Shown piece by piece: positions 19,191 through 27,738 of a DNA stretch of 64,000 bases. The notes under the pieces are model-generated. The model was not told where the DNA came from, ran no database searches, and saw only the letters and a list, made by a program, of their open reading frames with translations. The stretch's first letter is position 1; every line of letters starts with the position of its first letter. Origin of the DNA: an uncultured Bacteroidales bacterium (GTDB lineage Bacteria > Bacteroidota > Bacteroidia > Bacteroidales > JAGOPY01); NCBI GenBank assembly GCA_964447005.1, contig CAYUQP010000006.1, forward strand, positions 13,640-77,639, read 5' to 3'. Position numbers and translations under genes: made by a program.

Positions 19191-21002
19191 ATGAAAAAGG
19201 TGTTTTTAAATAAATATATACGCTTTGGCCTCATTCTGATTGGAGGTATATTTCTTGGGTGGTTATTTTTCCATTCGCCGCATAAAAGTGAAGAAAAACT
19301 CGAATCTGTTGCCGAAGCAGGTAAAGAAGTTATATGGACTTGTGCTATGCACCCGCAAATTAGAATGCATGAACCGGGTAAATGCCCTATTTGCGGTATG
19401 GATTTAATTCCACTAAATCAAAACAATACATCTTTTGACGCGGCAACAATACACCTGACCAAAGAAGCTGCCCAGTTGGCTAATGTCCTAACATCGATAG
19501 TATCAACACAGAAACCTGTAAAAGAAATACGTCTTTATGGTAAAGTACAAGCTGATGAAAGGTTGTTACAAAGTCAGGTTTCGTATCTGCCCGGCCGTAT
19601 TGAAATGCTTTCTGTGAATTTTACAGGCGAAACAGTCAAAAAAGGGCAAATATTAGCTCTTATTTATTCACCGGATCTGGTCACGGCTCAGCAGGAACTG
19701 CTTGAAACGGCTAAAACGAAATCCTCGCAGCCGGTTCTTTATGAAGCAGCAAAAGAAAAACTTCGGCAGTGGAAACTAACCGATAAACAGATATCCGATA
19801 TTGAAAGTTCGGGTGTTGCCAAATCTGATTTTGAAGTATATGCCAACACAACAGGTATTGTTACGGCAAGACGGGTCAATAATGGCGACTTTATTTCCCC
19901 CGGTACAGTATTATTTGATGTGGCGGACCTTTCAAATGTATGGTTATTATTCGATGCTTATGAAAGCGATCTTCCATTTCTAACAAAAGGCAATCCTATT
20001 AAGTTCTCTGTTCAGGCCCTGCCTGGCGCCAGTTTTTCCGGAAATGTTTCATTCATTGATCCGGTGCTGGATCCTGTCACCCGTGTCGCAAAAGTCCGTG
20101 TTGAGGTGAGCAATCAGGAAGGAAAATTAAAACCTGAGATGTTTGCAACCGGTATTATATCTGCAAACCTTGACGGATATAATGATAAATTGGTTATTCC
20201 TGGCACTGCAGTCCTCTGGACCGGTAAACGCTCAGTGGTATATGTGAAGCAAACCGGAACTGATGAACCGGAATTTAAGATGCGGGAAATAGAAATCGGC
20301 CCCATGCTGGGAGACAGCTATGTGGTGATGAGCGGATTAAACGAAGGAGAGGAAATTGTCACCCAAGGCGCATTCAGCGTCGATGCTGCTGCACAGCTTG
20401 AAGGTAAACCGAGCATGATGAATCCTGCAGGAGGATCTCAAGTATCATCCATGCCAGGAATGGAAATGCCCGGTGATGCTAAATCAGGCATTATTGCAAA
20501 GAAAGAAATCACCGAACAAAATATTCCTGAAAAGTCTGCGAAAATTGATAATACAATGGAAATTACTATGCAATTCAATACACTTTTCGATCAGTATATT
20601 ATATTAAAGAATGCTTTGGTTAGAAGCGATCCTGATAAAGTAAAACTTGCCGCTCAAACAGTTCTTCATTCCATTGAAAAAGTCGATATAAAACTGTTTA
20701 CAGATGATGCCCACAAGCAATGGATGGATATATCTGGAACCCTTCTCAATAATATAAAACTAATTGAATCATCCGTTACTTTAGAAGAGCAACGCCAAGC
20801 ATTTGCTGGTTTTAGCGATCAGTTTTACATAGCAATAAAAACTTTCGCTTTAATGGGAAAAACAGTTTATTACCAGTTCTGTCCAATGGCTAACAATAAT
20901 AAAGGTGCCTACTGGCTGAGCGAATCAAAAACAATCCAGAATCCATATTTCGGAGAAAAAATGATGACCTGCGGTGAAACGAAAGAAACGTTAAATTATT
21001 AA
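19191..21002 (+). CDS. RND periplasmic adaptor (CusB-like) with an N-terminal HMBD and a C-terminal DUF3347-like helical domain
   Basis: WTCAMHPQIRMHEPGKCPICGMDL; MFP core (PGRIEMLSVNFTGETVKKGQILALIYSPDL). The C-terminal ~150 aa are helical with a CPM...C tail. Confidence 0.85.
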   Translation: MKKVFLNKYIRFGLILIGGIFLGWLFFHSPHKSEEKLESVAEAGKEVIWTCAMHPQIRMHEPGKCPICGMDLIPLNQNNTSFDAATIHLTKEAAQLANVLTSIVSTQKPVKEIRLYGKVQADERLLQSQVSYLPGRIEMLSVNFTGETVKKGQILALIYSPDLVTAQQELLETAKTKSSQPVLYEAAKEKLRQWKLTDKQISDIESSGVAKSDFEVYANTTGIVTARRVNNGDFISPGTVLFDVADLSNVWLLFDAYESDLPFLTKGNPIKFSVQALPGASFSGNVSFIDPVLDPVTRVAKVRVEVSNQEGKLKPEMFATGIISANLDGYNDKLVIPGTAVLWTGKRSVVYVKQTGTDEPEFKMREIEIGPMLGDSYVVMSGLNEGEEIVTQGAFSVDAAAQLEGKPSMMNPAGGSQVSSMPGMEMPGDAKSGIIAKKEITEQNIPEKSAKIDNTMEITMQFNTLFDQYIILKNALVRSDPDKVKLAAQTVLHSIEKVDIKLFTDDAHKQWMDISGTLLNNIKLIESSVTLEEQRQAFAGFSDQFYIAIKTFALMGKTVYYQFCPMANNNKGAYWLSESKTIQNPYFGEKMMTCGETKETLNY

Positions 21003-21098
21003 AAAACAAACGGAAATGCTGGATCATACTTCATCGGAAGGATACGTCGCATTTATGTTAAACTGGATGGAATTGCTAAAAGTGTAAGGGATGATATT

Positions 21099-21212
21099 AT
21101 GCCCTTGTGTTCCTATAAATTGATGCACAAAAAGGCACAATTGAGCGTAACAGAAAAGGCAATATTATTTGATTGGGCAAGGCAATCAAAAGATAACCTT
21201 TCGGCAAAATAA
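21099..21212 (+). pseudogene. Possible C-terminal remnant of a haem-binding-domain (Haem_bd-like) protein
   Basis: 37-aa ORF MPLCSYKLMHKKAQLSVTEKAILFDWARQSKDNLSAK resembles the ...MP...Y.LMH..A.LT..EK..L..W tail of that family. The upstream part is out of frame or absent. Confidence 0.25.
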
Positions 21213-21326
21213 TAGCAGCCATCTAATAAACAAAGATTGATTTAGTTTGTTTATACAAATATTTAATTTGTATGAATAAAAAGACATTGAACTTCAAAAT
21301 CAAAATAATTACTATAAAATAATAAA

Positions 21327-22172
21327 ATGAAAGCACTTATATTTTCCCTGATGGCTTGTGTAATTCCATCAATTCTTTTAGCACAGATCCCAAACAACGG
21401 ATTTGAAGATTGGATTGATAAAGGAAATTATAATAATCCTGATTTATGGTCTTCCTTAAATGATTTTACTGAACCGGCAGGTGTCTTCACCTGTACTAAA
21501 GGTTCACCGGGTAATCCAGGTACCAGTTATATTAAATTAACTTCAAAGAATGTGACGGAAATGGGACTTATGCCTGGAATTACTGTTAGTGGGGAACTTA
21601 ATACCATTGATATGCAGGCTTTGTCAGGATTTTCCTTTACCGGACGACCAGAATCAATCAGCGGGAACTGGAAATATATGGCATATGGCAGTGACCAGGG
21701 GTATATAAGTGTTTTGCTTACATTGTGGAATCCTTCATCACAAAGCCGCGATACTATTGGCTATACATACCACCCTTTAGCGGGAATGGAAATGAGTTGG
21801 GCGGAATTTACGATAGCACTTGATTATCAAAGTAGTTTGTTTCCCGATTCTTGTATTGTTTTTCTTTCTTCCAGCAATGCAAACGGGGCTCCTACCGCGA
21901 TTAACAGCTTTTTATACATTGATAACCTTAATTTCAACAACATAATAACTTCAATAAATGATCAAAAGATTGAATCAGGATTTCAATTGTATCCGAATCC
22001 GGCAAAATCTGAAATATTTATAGAATTTCCAGCTACAAATAAAACAGTGAGTATCAGAATTTTTGATATGAAAGGGCAAATGTTATTGCAGAAGGAGAAT
22101 CAAAATATAATAGATAAATCCACAATGGATATTCGCAATTTACCTTATGGTATTTTTCTATTGCAGGTTTAA
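21327..22172 (+). CDS. Secreted protein with a T9SS type-A C-terminal sorting domain (PCMD-like N-terminal domain)
   Basis: Signal peptide, IPNNGFEDW start, C-terminal LYPNPAKSEIFIEF...IRIFDMKGQMLL...LPYGIFLLQV. Confidence 0.75.
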   Translation: MKALIFSLMACVIPSILLAQIPNNGFEDWIDKGNYNNPDLWSSLNDFTEPAGVFTCTKGSPGNPGTSYIKLTSKNVTEMGLMPGITVSGELNTIDMQALSGFSFTGRPESISGNWKYMAYGSDQGYISVLLTLWNPSSQSRDTIGYTYHPLAGMEMSWAEFTIALDYQSSLFPDSCIVFLSSSNANGAPTAINSFLYIDNLNFNNIITSINDQKIESGFQLYPNPAKSEIFIEFPATNKTVSIRIFDMKGQMLLQKENQNIIDKSTMDIRNLPYGIFLLQV

Positions 22173-22232
22173 TCAGAGAAAAGTGTTCAGTCAGAATTGT
22201 TCATCAGGAATTAGGTTGATTTTTATTGAATC

Positions 22233-23948
22233 ATGGTTCCATTAATAAAGAAAAAAATGAAAATCATTAGTATAATAATTCTGCTATGCCTAAGCTTAGC
22301 AGGCAATGCACAAAATCAGATTTCTTTTCCTGAAGTGTTGACTGGTACAGATTTTTCTCTTACAATTCATTATGATAGTGTACAATTCTTGCCGGGAATA
22401 AAAACATTAACCAATGCTTTTAATAATAACACCTACCTGGGGCCAATCTTAATTCTGAACAAAGGGGATCTTGTTACAATGAATGTTGAAAATCAGTTAA
22501 ATGATACTTCCACAGTTCATTGGCACGGATTGCATGTTCCAGCTGCCGATGATGGCGGCCCACATACTCCCATTATGGCGGGCGCCACCTGGTCACCTGA
22601 TTTCGTCGTTATGAATAACGCTTCCATGTACTGGTATCACCCGCATTTGCATATGAAAACCGGGATGCAGGCTATGCGCGGAGCTGCCGGCTTAATAATT
22701 GTTCGTGATCCTGAGGAAGCTGAACTAAATCTGCCCAGGCATTATGGCGAAGATGATTTTCCGCTGGTAGTACAGACACAGGAGTTCAATACCAACAACC
22801 AGATTCTGTGGCGTGGTATGCACGACAGCATTATCATGGTAAATGGCATCATAAATCCTGCTCTCGATGTCCCGGCACAAGTTATACGGTTGCGCTTGCT
22901 TAATGCAGCACAGGAAAGGAATTTCAATTTCGGCTTATCGGGAAACCGGGACTTTTATGTAATAGGGAATGATGGAGGCTTGATACCACAACCCGTAAAT
23001 GTAAACCGTATCAGGCTTTCACCGGGTGAAAGGGCAGAAATACTCGTTGATCTGGCAGGCATGAATGGCCAGGTTATTTATTTAATGAGTTACGCCTCTG
23101 AATTGCCTCCCGGAGTTCAGGGCGGGCCGCCAATGATGGGAATGGATACTTCGATGTACAGCCCTCTTAATGGGATTGATTTTAATATGCTACAACTTCA
23201 GGTAGTGAATCCCCTTGATAATCCTGTTACAACTATTCCTGCTTCACTCGTCGAAGTAAATCCATGGCTCCCAGAGATAGCGGATACTACACGATTAATC
23301 AATATCACGGCTGAAAATATGATGTCGATGGACGGCCCGTTTTTTTTCAATGATCAGTTGTTTGAAATGGAGCGGATTGATTAGCAAATCCCCCTTAATA
23401 ACCTTGAAATATGGTCAATTTCAAATGAAACAATGGTGGCTCATCCCTTTCACATTCATGATGTCCAGTTTTTTGTTCTCGACAGGGATGGAATTACAGT
23501 CAATGCGGAGGAGGCCGGTTATAAAGACGTTGTGATGGTAGGCCCAAATGAAACGGTAAATCTGATTACAAAATTTGAGGATTTTGCCGATACAACCGTA
23601 CCATATATGTATCATTGCCACATTCTCATGCATGAAGATGATGGAATGATGGGACAGTTTATTGTCGTACCGGGGACTTCGACTGGATTAGAGGATAGGG
23701 AAAAAGGCAAGAATGAATTAAAAGTTTTCCCCAATCCTGTTGATGATCAACTTCTGATTGAATTTCCAGATGGTTCTGCTCCGAAATTATTCAGCTATAG
23801 GATAGTGAACAATTTGGGAATGGCCTTTGAATACTCAACCAATTATAATCAAAAGATAATCAATGTATCCAAGCTTACACCCGGACTTTACCTACTACTG
23901 ATTGAGTTTGAAAATAAGATCTATACAGGAAAATTGATCAAAAATTGA
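22233..23948 (+). pseudogene. Multicopper oxidase (CotA/CueO-like) with a T9SS C-terminal sorting domain, interrupted by a single in-frame TAG at 23382-23384
   Basis: HWHGLHVP (Cu site) in the 5' ORF; HPFHIHD and MYHCHILMHEDDGMMGQF in the 3' ORF. Both ORFs are in the same frame and read through as ...FEMERID*QIPLNNLEIWSISNETMVAHPFHIH. The likely true start is the ATG at 22257 (MKIISIIILL). Confidence 0.85.
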
Positions 23949-24044
23949 CAAATCATTAGTTAGATTACCCTTGTTAACTTCCTTTAATTCAAAAAAAAAA
24001 TTCGACTTTTTATATCTGGTAAAAGATTAATATGCACCGGATAA

Positions 24045-24072
24045 ACAAAAAACCGGCTGACTGCTCAGCCGG
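24045..24072 (-). terminator. Rho-independent terminator of the ArdC-N-like gene
   Basis: ccggctga-ctgc-tcagccgg hairpin, followed on the minus strand by a T-run (a-run at 24046-24052 on plus). Confidence 0.75.
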
Positions 24073-24096
24073 TCCTTGCTTGTGGGATGACCTTCG

Positions 24097-24543
24097 TCAG
24101 AAAGGCAGGTCTTCACCAACGGTTTCAGGGACAAGAGCCTGGTTGGTTTCTGTTTTATCCGTTGCAGGTTCTTTGAAGTTGCGAACTGTTCTTTCGACCT
24201 GGGTATTATTGAAAACAAACAAGATCTGGAAGTAAGAATAGGTCTCGCCTGTTTCCTTATTCGTTGATTCCTGTTTCTTTCCCCATATCATCTGAGCAGT
24301 TTCGCCCTTGCGTACTGAGTAACCGGCAGCTTGCCAAAGTTCCAAAGTGAGCCACACCTGGTTCTTCTTTTTACCGTTGTAAGAATCCAGGAGGGCATCG
24401 TTCAAGTTTGTAGCTTTGATTTTACCGGCTTCCATAAGTTCTTTCACTGCTTTGGAGGTCTTCTTTAAGTTTTCTCTCCGTTCGGTCATTTTGTTTGTAT
24501 TTTCCATCTTTTTTGCCCCTGCCCCGGGGTCTTGTGTTGGCAT
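24097..24543 (-). CDS. ArdC-N-terminal-domain-like ssDNA-binding protein with an SSB-type acidic C-terminal tip
   Basis: YNGKKKNQVWLTLELWQAAGYSVRKGETAQMIWGKK resembles the ArdC/DUF1738 motif (W.T..Q....G..VRKGEK). The C-terminus ...GEDLPF is like the SSB D-D-D-I/L-P-F tip. An alternative start is the ATG at 24507. Confidence 0.45.
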   Translation of the reverse strand: MPTQDPGAGAKKMENTNKMTERRENLKKTSKAVKELMEAGKIKATNLNDALLDSYNGKKKNQVWLTLELWQAAGYSVRKGETAQMIWGKKQESTNKETGETYSYFQILFVFNNTQVERTVRNFKEPATDKTETNQALVPETVGEDLPF

Positions 24544-24562
24544 CTGGCTCGCCTGTTAATGA

Positions 24563-24689
24563 ATTATGCACGAAAAAAAAGGTAGTGAGATGACCCGGCA
24601 AGGTTTCATGTCTCTTTTGTCTGCAAAAGTGAACGAACATAGCCTGACCTTGCAAGGTGAAATAGAACGAATATACCTTTGTGCATAAT
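24563..24689 (-). other. 127-nt extended multi-stem hairpin 20 nt upstream of the ArdC-N-like gene start (structured leader or ssDNA-promoter-like element)
   Basis: Pairings read directly: attatgcac/gtgcataat, aaaggta/taccttt, gcaaggt/accttgc, cttttg-tctg-caaaag. Confidence 0.5.
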
Positions 24690-25168
24690 ATTCATGACTG
24701 GAAAGAGCCAGAAATGCAAAAAACCACCCAGCAGGAAAGCCGGGAAATACGAAAATGAACGATGGAGTTAGAAAACTGAAGATCTTCAATCAATGAATGA
24801 ACAGAAGCCTGGGTAAAAGGCTACAAACCAATGCCCGGAGGCCACAAGCAAAAAAGTCAGGTCGCTCATTCAGGAGCTTAAGCTGGACCGGACCAGCAAG
24901 GGCTAACAAGATACCTATGGGGAAGAAGGAATCGCAAGGAGGCAGGTCAGATACCATTATCCGGAGTCAAGTGTTTTCATCCAGGTCGTAGTTCTGGATT
25001 GAGCAGGAAACCAAATATGTGCATACCAGTTGCTTGTATGGCCAGTGGTGAGGCTGACAAGGTTCCTATCCGCTGACACAAACGCTAATAATGGGCAGAG
25101 TGCTTCAAATTCGCACAGACCCTGCCACTGGATATTCACGAAATTACGCGTACAGTATAACTAGTTTT

Positions 25169-26152
25169 TTAAGTAAAATCATCAAAGGTATCTCCGCCTG
25201 ACCATTCCAAGCCTTGTGCAAGTTTAAAGTGTTTTTCCGCACCGTCTTGCTTGAAAAAACTTCCAAGACTATTATGAACAAAGAAATCATTTATATAAGT
25301 CACCTCTGCTAAAGAATAAGGTTTTACTGCATCCTCATCACTATTTCTGCCCATAATCCATAAAGTATTTTCGTCTTTGGAAATTGCAAAACCTTCAATA
25401 ATAGTGTTTGAATACTGATTTCGTGAAAATATTTTTTCTGCTTTCAAGTTTGCAAAATAAGCAGTAATTGGATTATTACTCATGGATTGCGGACAACATG
25501 GAAATTCAGTTGGTGTTTTCCAATTCTTTTGTTTAACATTTGGCGTTAAGGAGAGGGTAAATTCTTGAATGTAAGCAACATTTGTTTTTGGTAAACTCCT
25601 ATTGTATATCCATTCTCCTAAAGAACCCCCAGCCGGAAGTTTTTCACTTTCTGCCCAAGCCAATAGTCTTTTTTTACTTGCTTGTGCTTCTTGAATACTC
25701 ACTGTACACATCCAGTCATAATTCGGCTCCTGAAACTTGCTACGGAATTTTGAAGGGTTGGAAAGAAATTCCTCAACGCTACAGCCACAAGCTATTTCAA
25801 TTCGCTTTACTGTAATTGGATTAAGCAAGACATTTTCTAACCTCGTTACCCATCGAAGATTATCAGGTCTATTATTCTGTTTGTTGGTATCAATATGGTC
25901 AACAACATGTTCTTTGGTAGGTGGTTCTCCGTGAAATGCAGTAGCAACTATTCTGTGAATACGAACTGAAGCAATTTCTAAATAACCTGTCTTGCTGTTT
26001 GGTTTGCCAAAAGTCCATTTATTGTCTGTCGGTCGAGTTCGTTTATTGTTAGGAGCGTGTCTTAATACAGCACCATTATCCCGAACAGAGTAATGCTCAT
26101 TTTTATAATGGCATTCTTGAATGCCATTATACGTTTCAAGTAAATTTTCCAT
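25169..26152 (-). CDS. HNH endonuclease (NUMOD4-like N-terminus plus HNH_3 motif) with a ~200-aa uncharacterised C-terminal domain
   Basis: HYSVRDNGAVLRH; HRIVATAFHGEPPTKEHVVDHIDTNKQNNRPDNLRWVTRLENV. Confidence 0.8.
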   Translation of the reverse strand: MENLLETYNGIQECHYKNEHYSVRDNGAVLRHAPNNKRTRPTDNKWTFGKPNSKTGYLEIASVRIHRIVATAFHGEPPTKEHVVDHIDTNKQNNRPDNLRWVTRLENVLLNPITVKRIEIACGCSVEEFLSNPSKFRSKFQEPNYDWMCTVSIQEAQASKKRLLAWAESEKLPAGGSLGEWIYNRSLPKTNVAYIQEFTLSLTPNVKQKNWKTPTEFPCCPQSMSNNPITAYFANLKAEKIFSRNQYSNTIIEGFAISKDENTLWIMGRNSDEDAVKPYSLAEVTYINDFFVHNSLGSFFKQDGAEKHFKLAQGLEWSGGDTFDDFT

Positions 26153-26157
26153 AATGA

Positions 26158-26652
26158 TTACATTTGATTGGGTACAATATCAATATGGTATCCTAAAACA
26201 AATGCTAACTTTGAAAGAATATCAAGTCCAACGGAATATTTACCTTGTTCAATTCTACTGAGATTTGCAGCGTCTATATTTGCTAACTTTGCTAAATCTT
26301 TTGCTTCTATTCCCTTTTCTTCTCGAATTTGGCGAATTTTTTTTCCTATTCGAGTTCTTTCTCCTTGTCTGTCTCCAGAACTCATTCCCATAAATGACAC
26401 ACCATTTAGCAATAAATCACGCCAAATATTGTGGGTCATTATTTCCTTGTCATCAGAGAAATTTTTGTCAAAAACATACTCTATCAAATGTAGTTGATAA
26501 TGACGAGTTTCTTCATTGGTGTAAATCCCAATTTGAGCCAATATGGAAAAAACTTCTCCATCTTGAGCAATAACCTCGACCATTTTGTCATCAATAATTG
26601 CCGCTTTTGACTTAAATTCAGTCGCCAAAAATTTTTTAAGTTCTTTATTCAT
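26158..26652 (-). CDS. XRE-family helix-turn-helix protein with an unknown ~100-aa N-terminal domain
   Basis: C-terminal IGKKIRQIREEKGIEAKDLAKLANIDAANLSRIEQGKYSVGLDILSKLAFVLG. Lies 5 nt upstream of the HNH gene. Confidence 0.8.
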   Translation of the reverse strand: MNKELKKFLATEFKSKAAIIDDKMVEVIAQDGEVFSILAQIGIYTNEETRHYQLHLIEYVFDKNFSDDKEIMTHNIWRDLLLNGVSFMGMSSGDRQGERTRIGKKIRQIREEKGIEAKDLAKLANIDAANLSRIEQGKYSVGLDILSKLAFVLGYHIDIVPNQM

Positions 26653-26726
26653 ATCATTTTATACCGCATTTAAAGTGTTGTCGCCACTTTTAAAATTATG
26701 AAGCAAAGATAAAGAAAAATAATTTA

Positions 26727-26744
26727 ATTGGCAAATATGCCAAT
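26727..26744. promoter_or_regulatory. Inverted repeat ATTGGCA-aata-TGCCAAT upstream of the XRE gene (candidate operator)
   Basis: Read directly, ~75-90 nt upstream of the XRE start. Confidence 0.3.
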
Positions 26745-27078
26745 TTAGAAATTTTACATATTCAAATTGTATGGTTAAGTGTTTTGTTCAGCGCAGGGAG
26801 GGGCGTTATATGCTGACCGTTAGGGATGAATCTTACAAAGAAAATAGAAATATAGATTTCCTCGCACCCACGCAAATAAAATTACGAAGTAAAAATTATC
26901 AGATGTGTAGTACATAACATTATAATTGCCATTCCGCGGATATAAAATTGCCTTTTTGTAAGGTTTCTCTTTCCTTCTTTATCTATGCTATTGGTAATCA
27001 AAGAGAAAGAAGTTTTTTAGGGCAATTACGCCCTATTTTTAATGAAAAAAAGGTCAACGACCTATAAAACACGAACAT

Positions 27079-27187
27079 ACGAACAAAAAAAGCATAGTTT
27101 TTTTTGTTCGTAAGTATCTGGCCGGCGTTCCACCCTGTCGGGTTTTGGCAATTGCCTGTTGCCAAAATGACCGATATATGAAATGAG
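27079..27187. repeat. Copy A of a ~110-bp structured module (A7/T8 hairpin ... ccctgtcgg ... ttttggcaa/ttgccaaaa hairpin ... accgatatatgaaatgag)
   Basis: Hairpin acgaacaaaaaaa-gcatag-ttttttttgttcgt; the tail motif is shared with copy B. Confidence 0.6.
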
Positions 27188-27287
27188 ATGTCCACAAAAC
27201 GAGACGTTCCCCTGCCAATCTTGTAGTGAGGCAATTGCTCCCCTTTATAATTGATTGCCCATTTTAAACGGGCAATTGCCAAATTGC

Positions 27288-27352
27288 AAGGTTATCAATA
27301 GTCGAGTCAACTGAACCCGGTTCAAAGTTGATGACAAGCTGTTGATAACCTT
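27288..27352. other. 65-nt long imperfect hairpin (outer arms aaggttatcaa/ttgataacctt, inner arms tcaactgaacc/ggttcaaagttga)
   Basis: Inverted repeats read directly. Confidence 0.6.
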
Positions 27353-27513
27353 ATACATTGCTCACCTTCAACTTGATAATGAAAGGTTTATAAACTGCAA
27401 TTTCTTTTGGTTCTTTAATTTATTGCAGATAGTCAAAAAAAAAAAAACCGGGCCACGTATGCAGAGTTTCTGATTGTAATGGTTAAAAAGTCAAAGGCTT
27501 ACAAATCACGCAA

Positions 27514-27623
27514 ATACCAGTTCAAAAAACATCTTTTTTTGAACTGGTATTTCGCTGCGCTGCGCTCCGCCCTATCGGAAATTACAATTGCAGGTGGGGC
27601 AATTTACCGATATATGAAATAAG
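27514..27623. repeat. Copy B of the ~110-bp structured module (ataccagttcaaaaaa-catc-tttttttgaactggtat ... ccctatcgg ... accgatatatgaaataag)
   Basis: Near-perfect 16/17-nt-arm hairpin. The order of shared motifs matches copy A. Confidence 0.6.
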
Positions 27624-27674
27624 GGTGTTGGTTTGCTGGCTGCTCCCCTTGCTCTATTGTTCGACTGTTCAATT

Positions 27675-27723
27675 GTTCCGGGTTCCATTCTCTATGCGCT
27701 TAGCTCTAAGCCCTATGCCTCCC
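27675..27723. repeat. Composite heptamer array (gttccgg gttccat tctctatgc gcttagc tctaagc cctatgc ctccc) just 3' of the AAA_21 ATPase stop
   Basis: Read directly. The motif order matches 29071-29167. Confidence 0.8.
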
Positions 27724-27738
27724 GGTGCAGAGCGTTTT

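Noticed and set aside
24556-25139. Small ORFs 24556-24789(-), 24797-24991(+) and 24957-25139(-).
   Set aside because: They are highly basic or hydrophobic, with non-protein-like composition. They overlap the predicted helices and have no motifs.
24544-26152. Idea that the structured region next to the HNH gene is a HEARO/OMEGA-type RNA of an IscB-like system, or a group I/II intron carrying a homing endonuclease.
   Set aside because: The HNH protein has no RuvC segments and is of the NUMOD4/HNH_3 homing type, so it is not IscB. No split host gene, group II domain V-like motif or reverse transcriptase is visible. The region is kept only as an unclassified structured region.
26998-27282. 94-aa minus-strand ORF in the gene-free gap.
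   Set aside because: It is built from the hairpin and palindrome sequences (poly-A/T arms, GCAATTGC words). It shows no protein-like composition or motif, so it is more likely non-coding.
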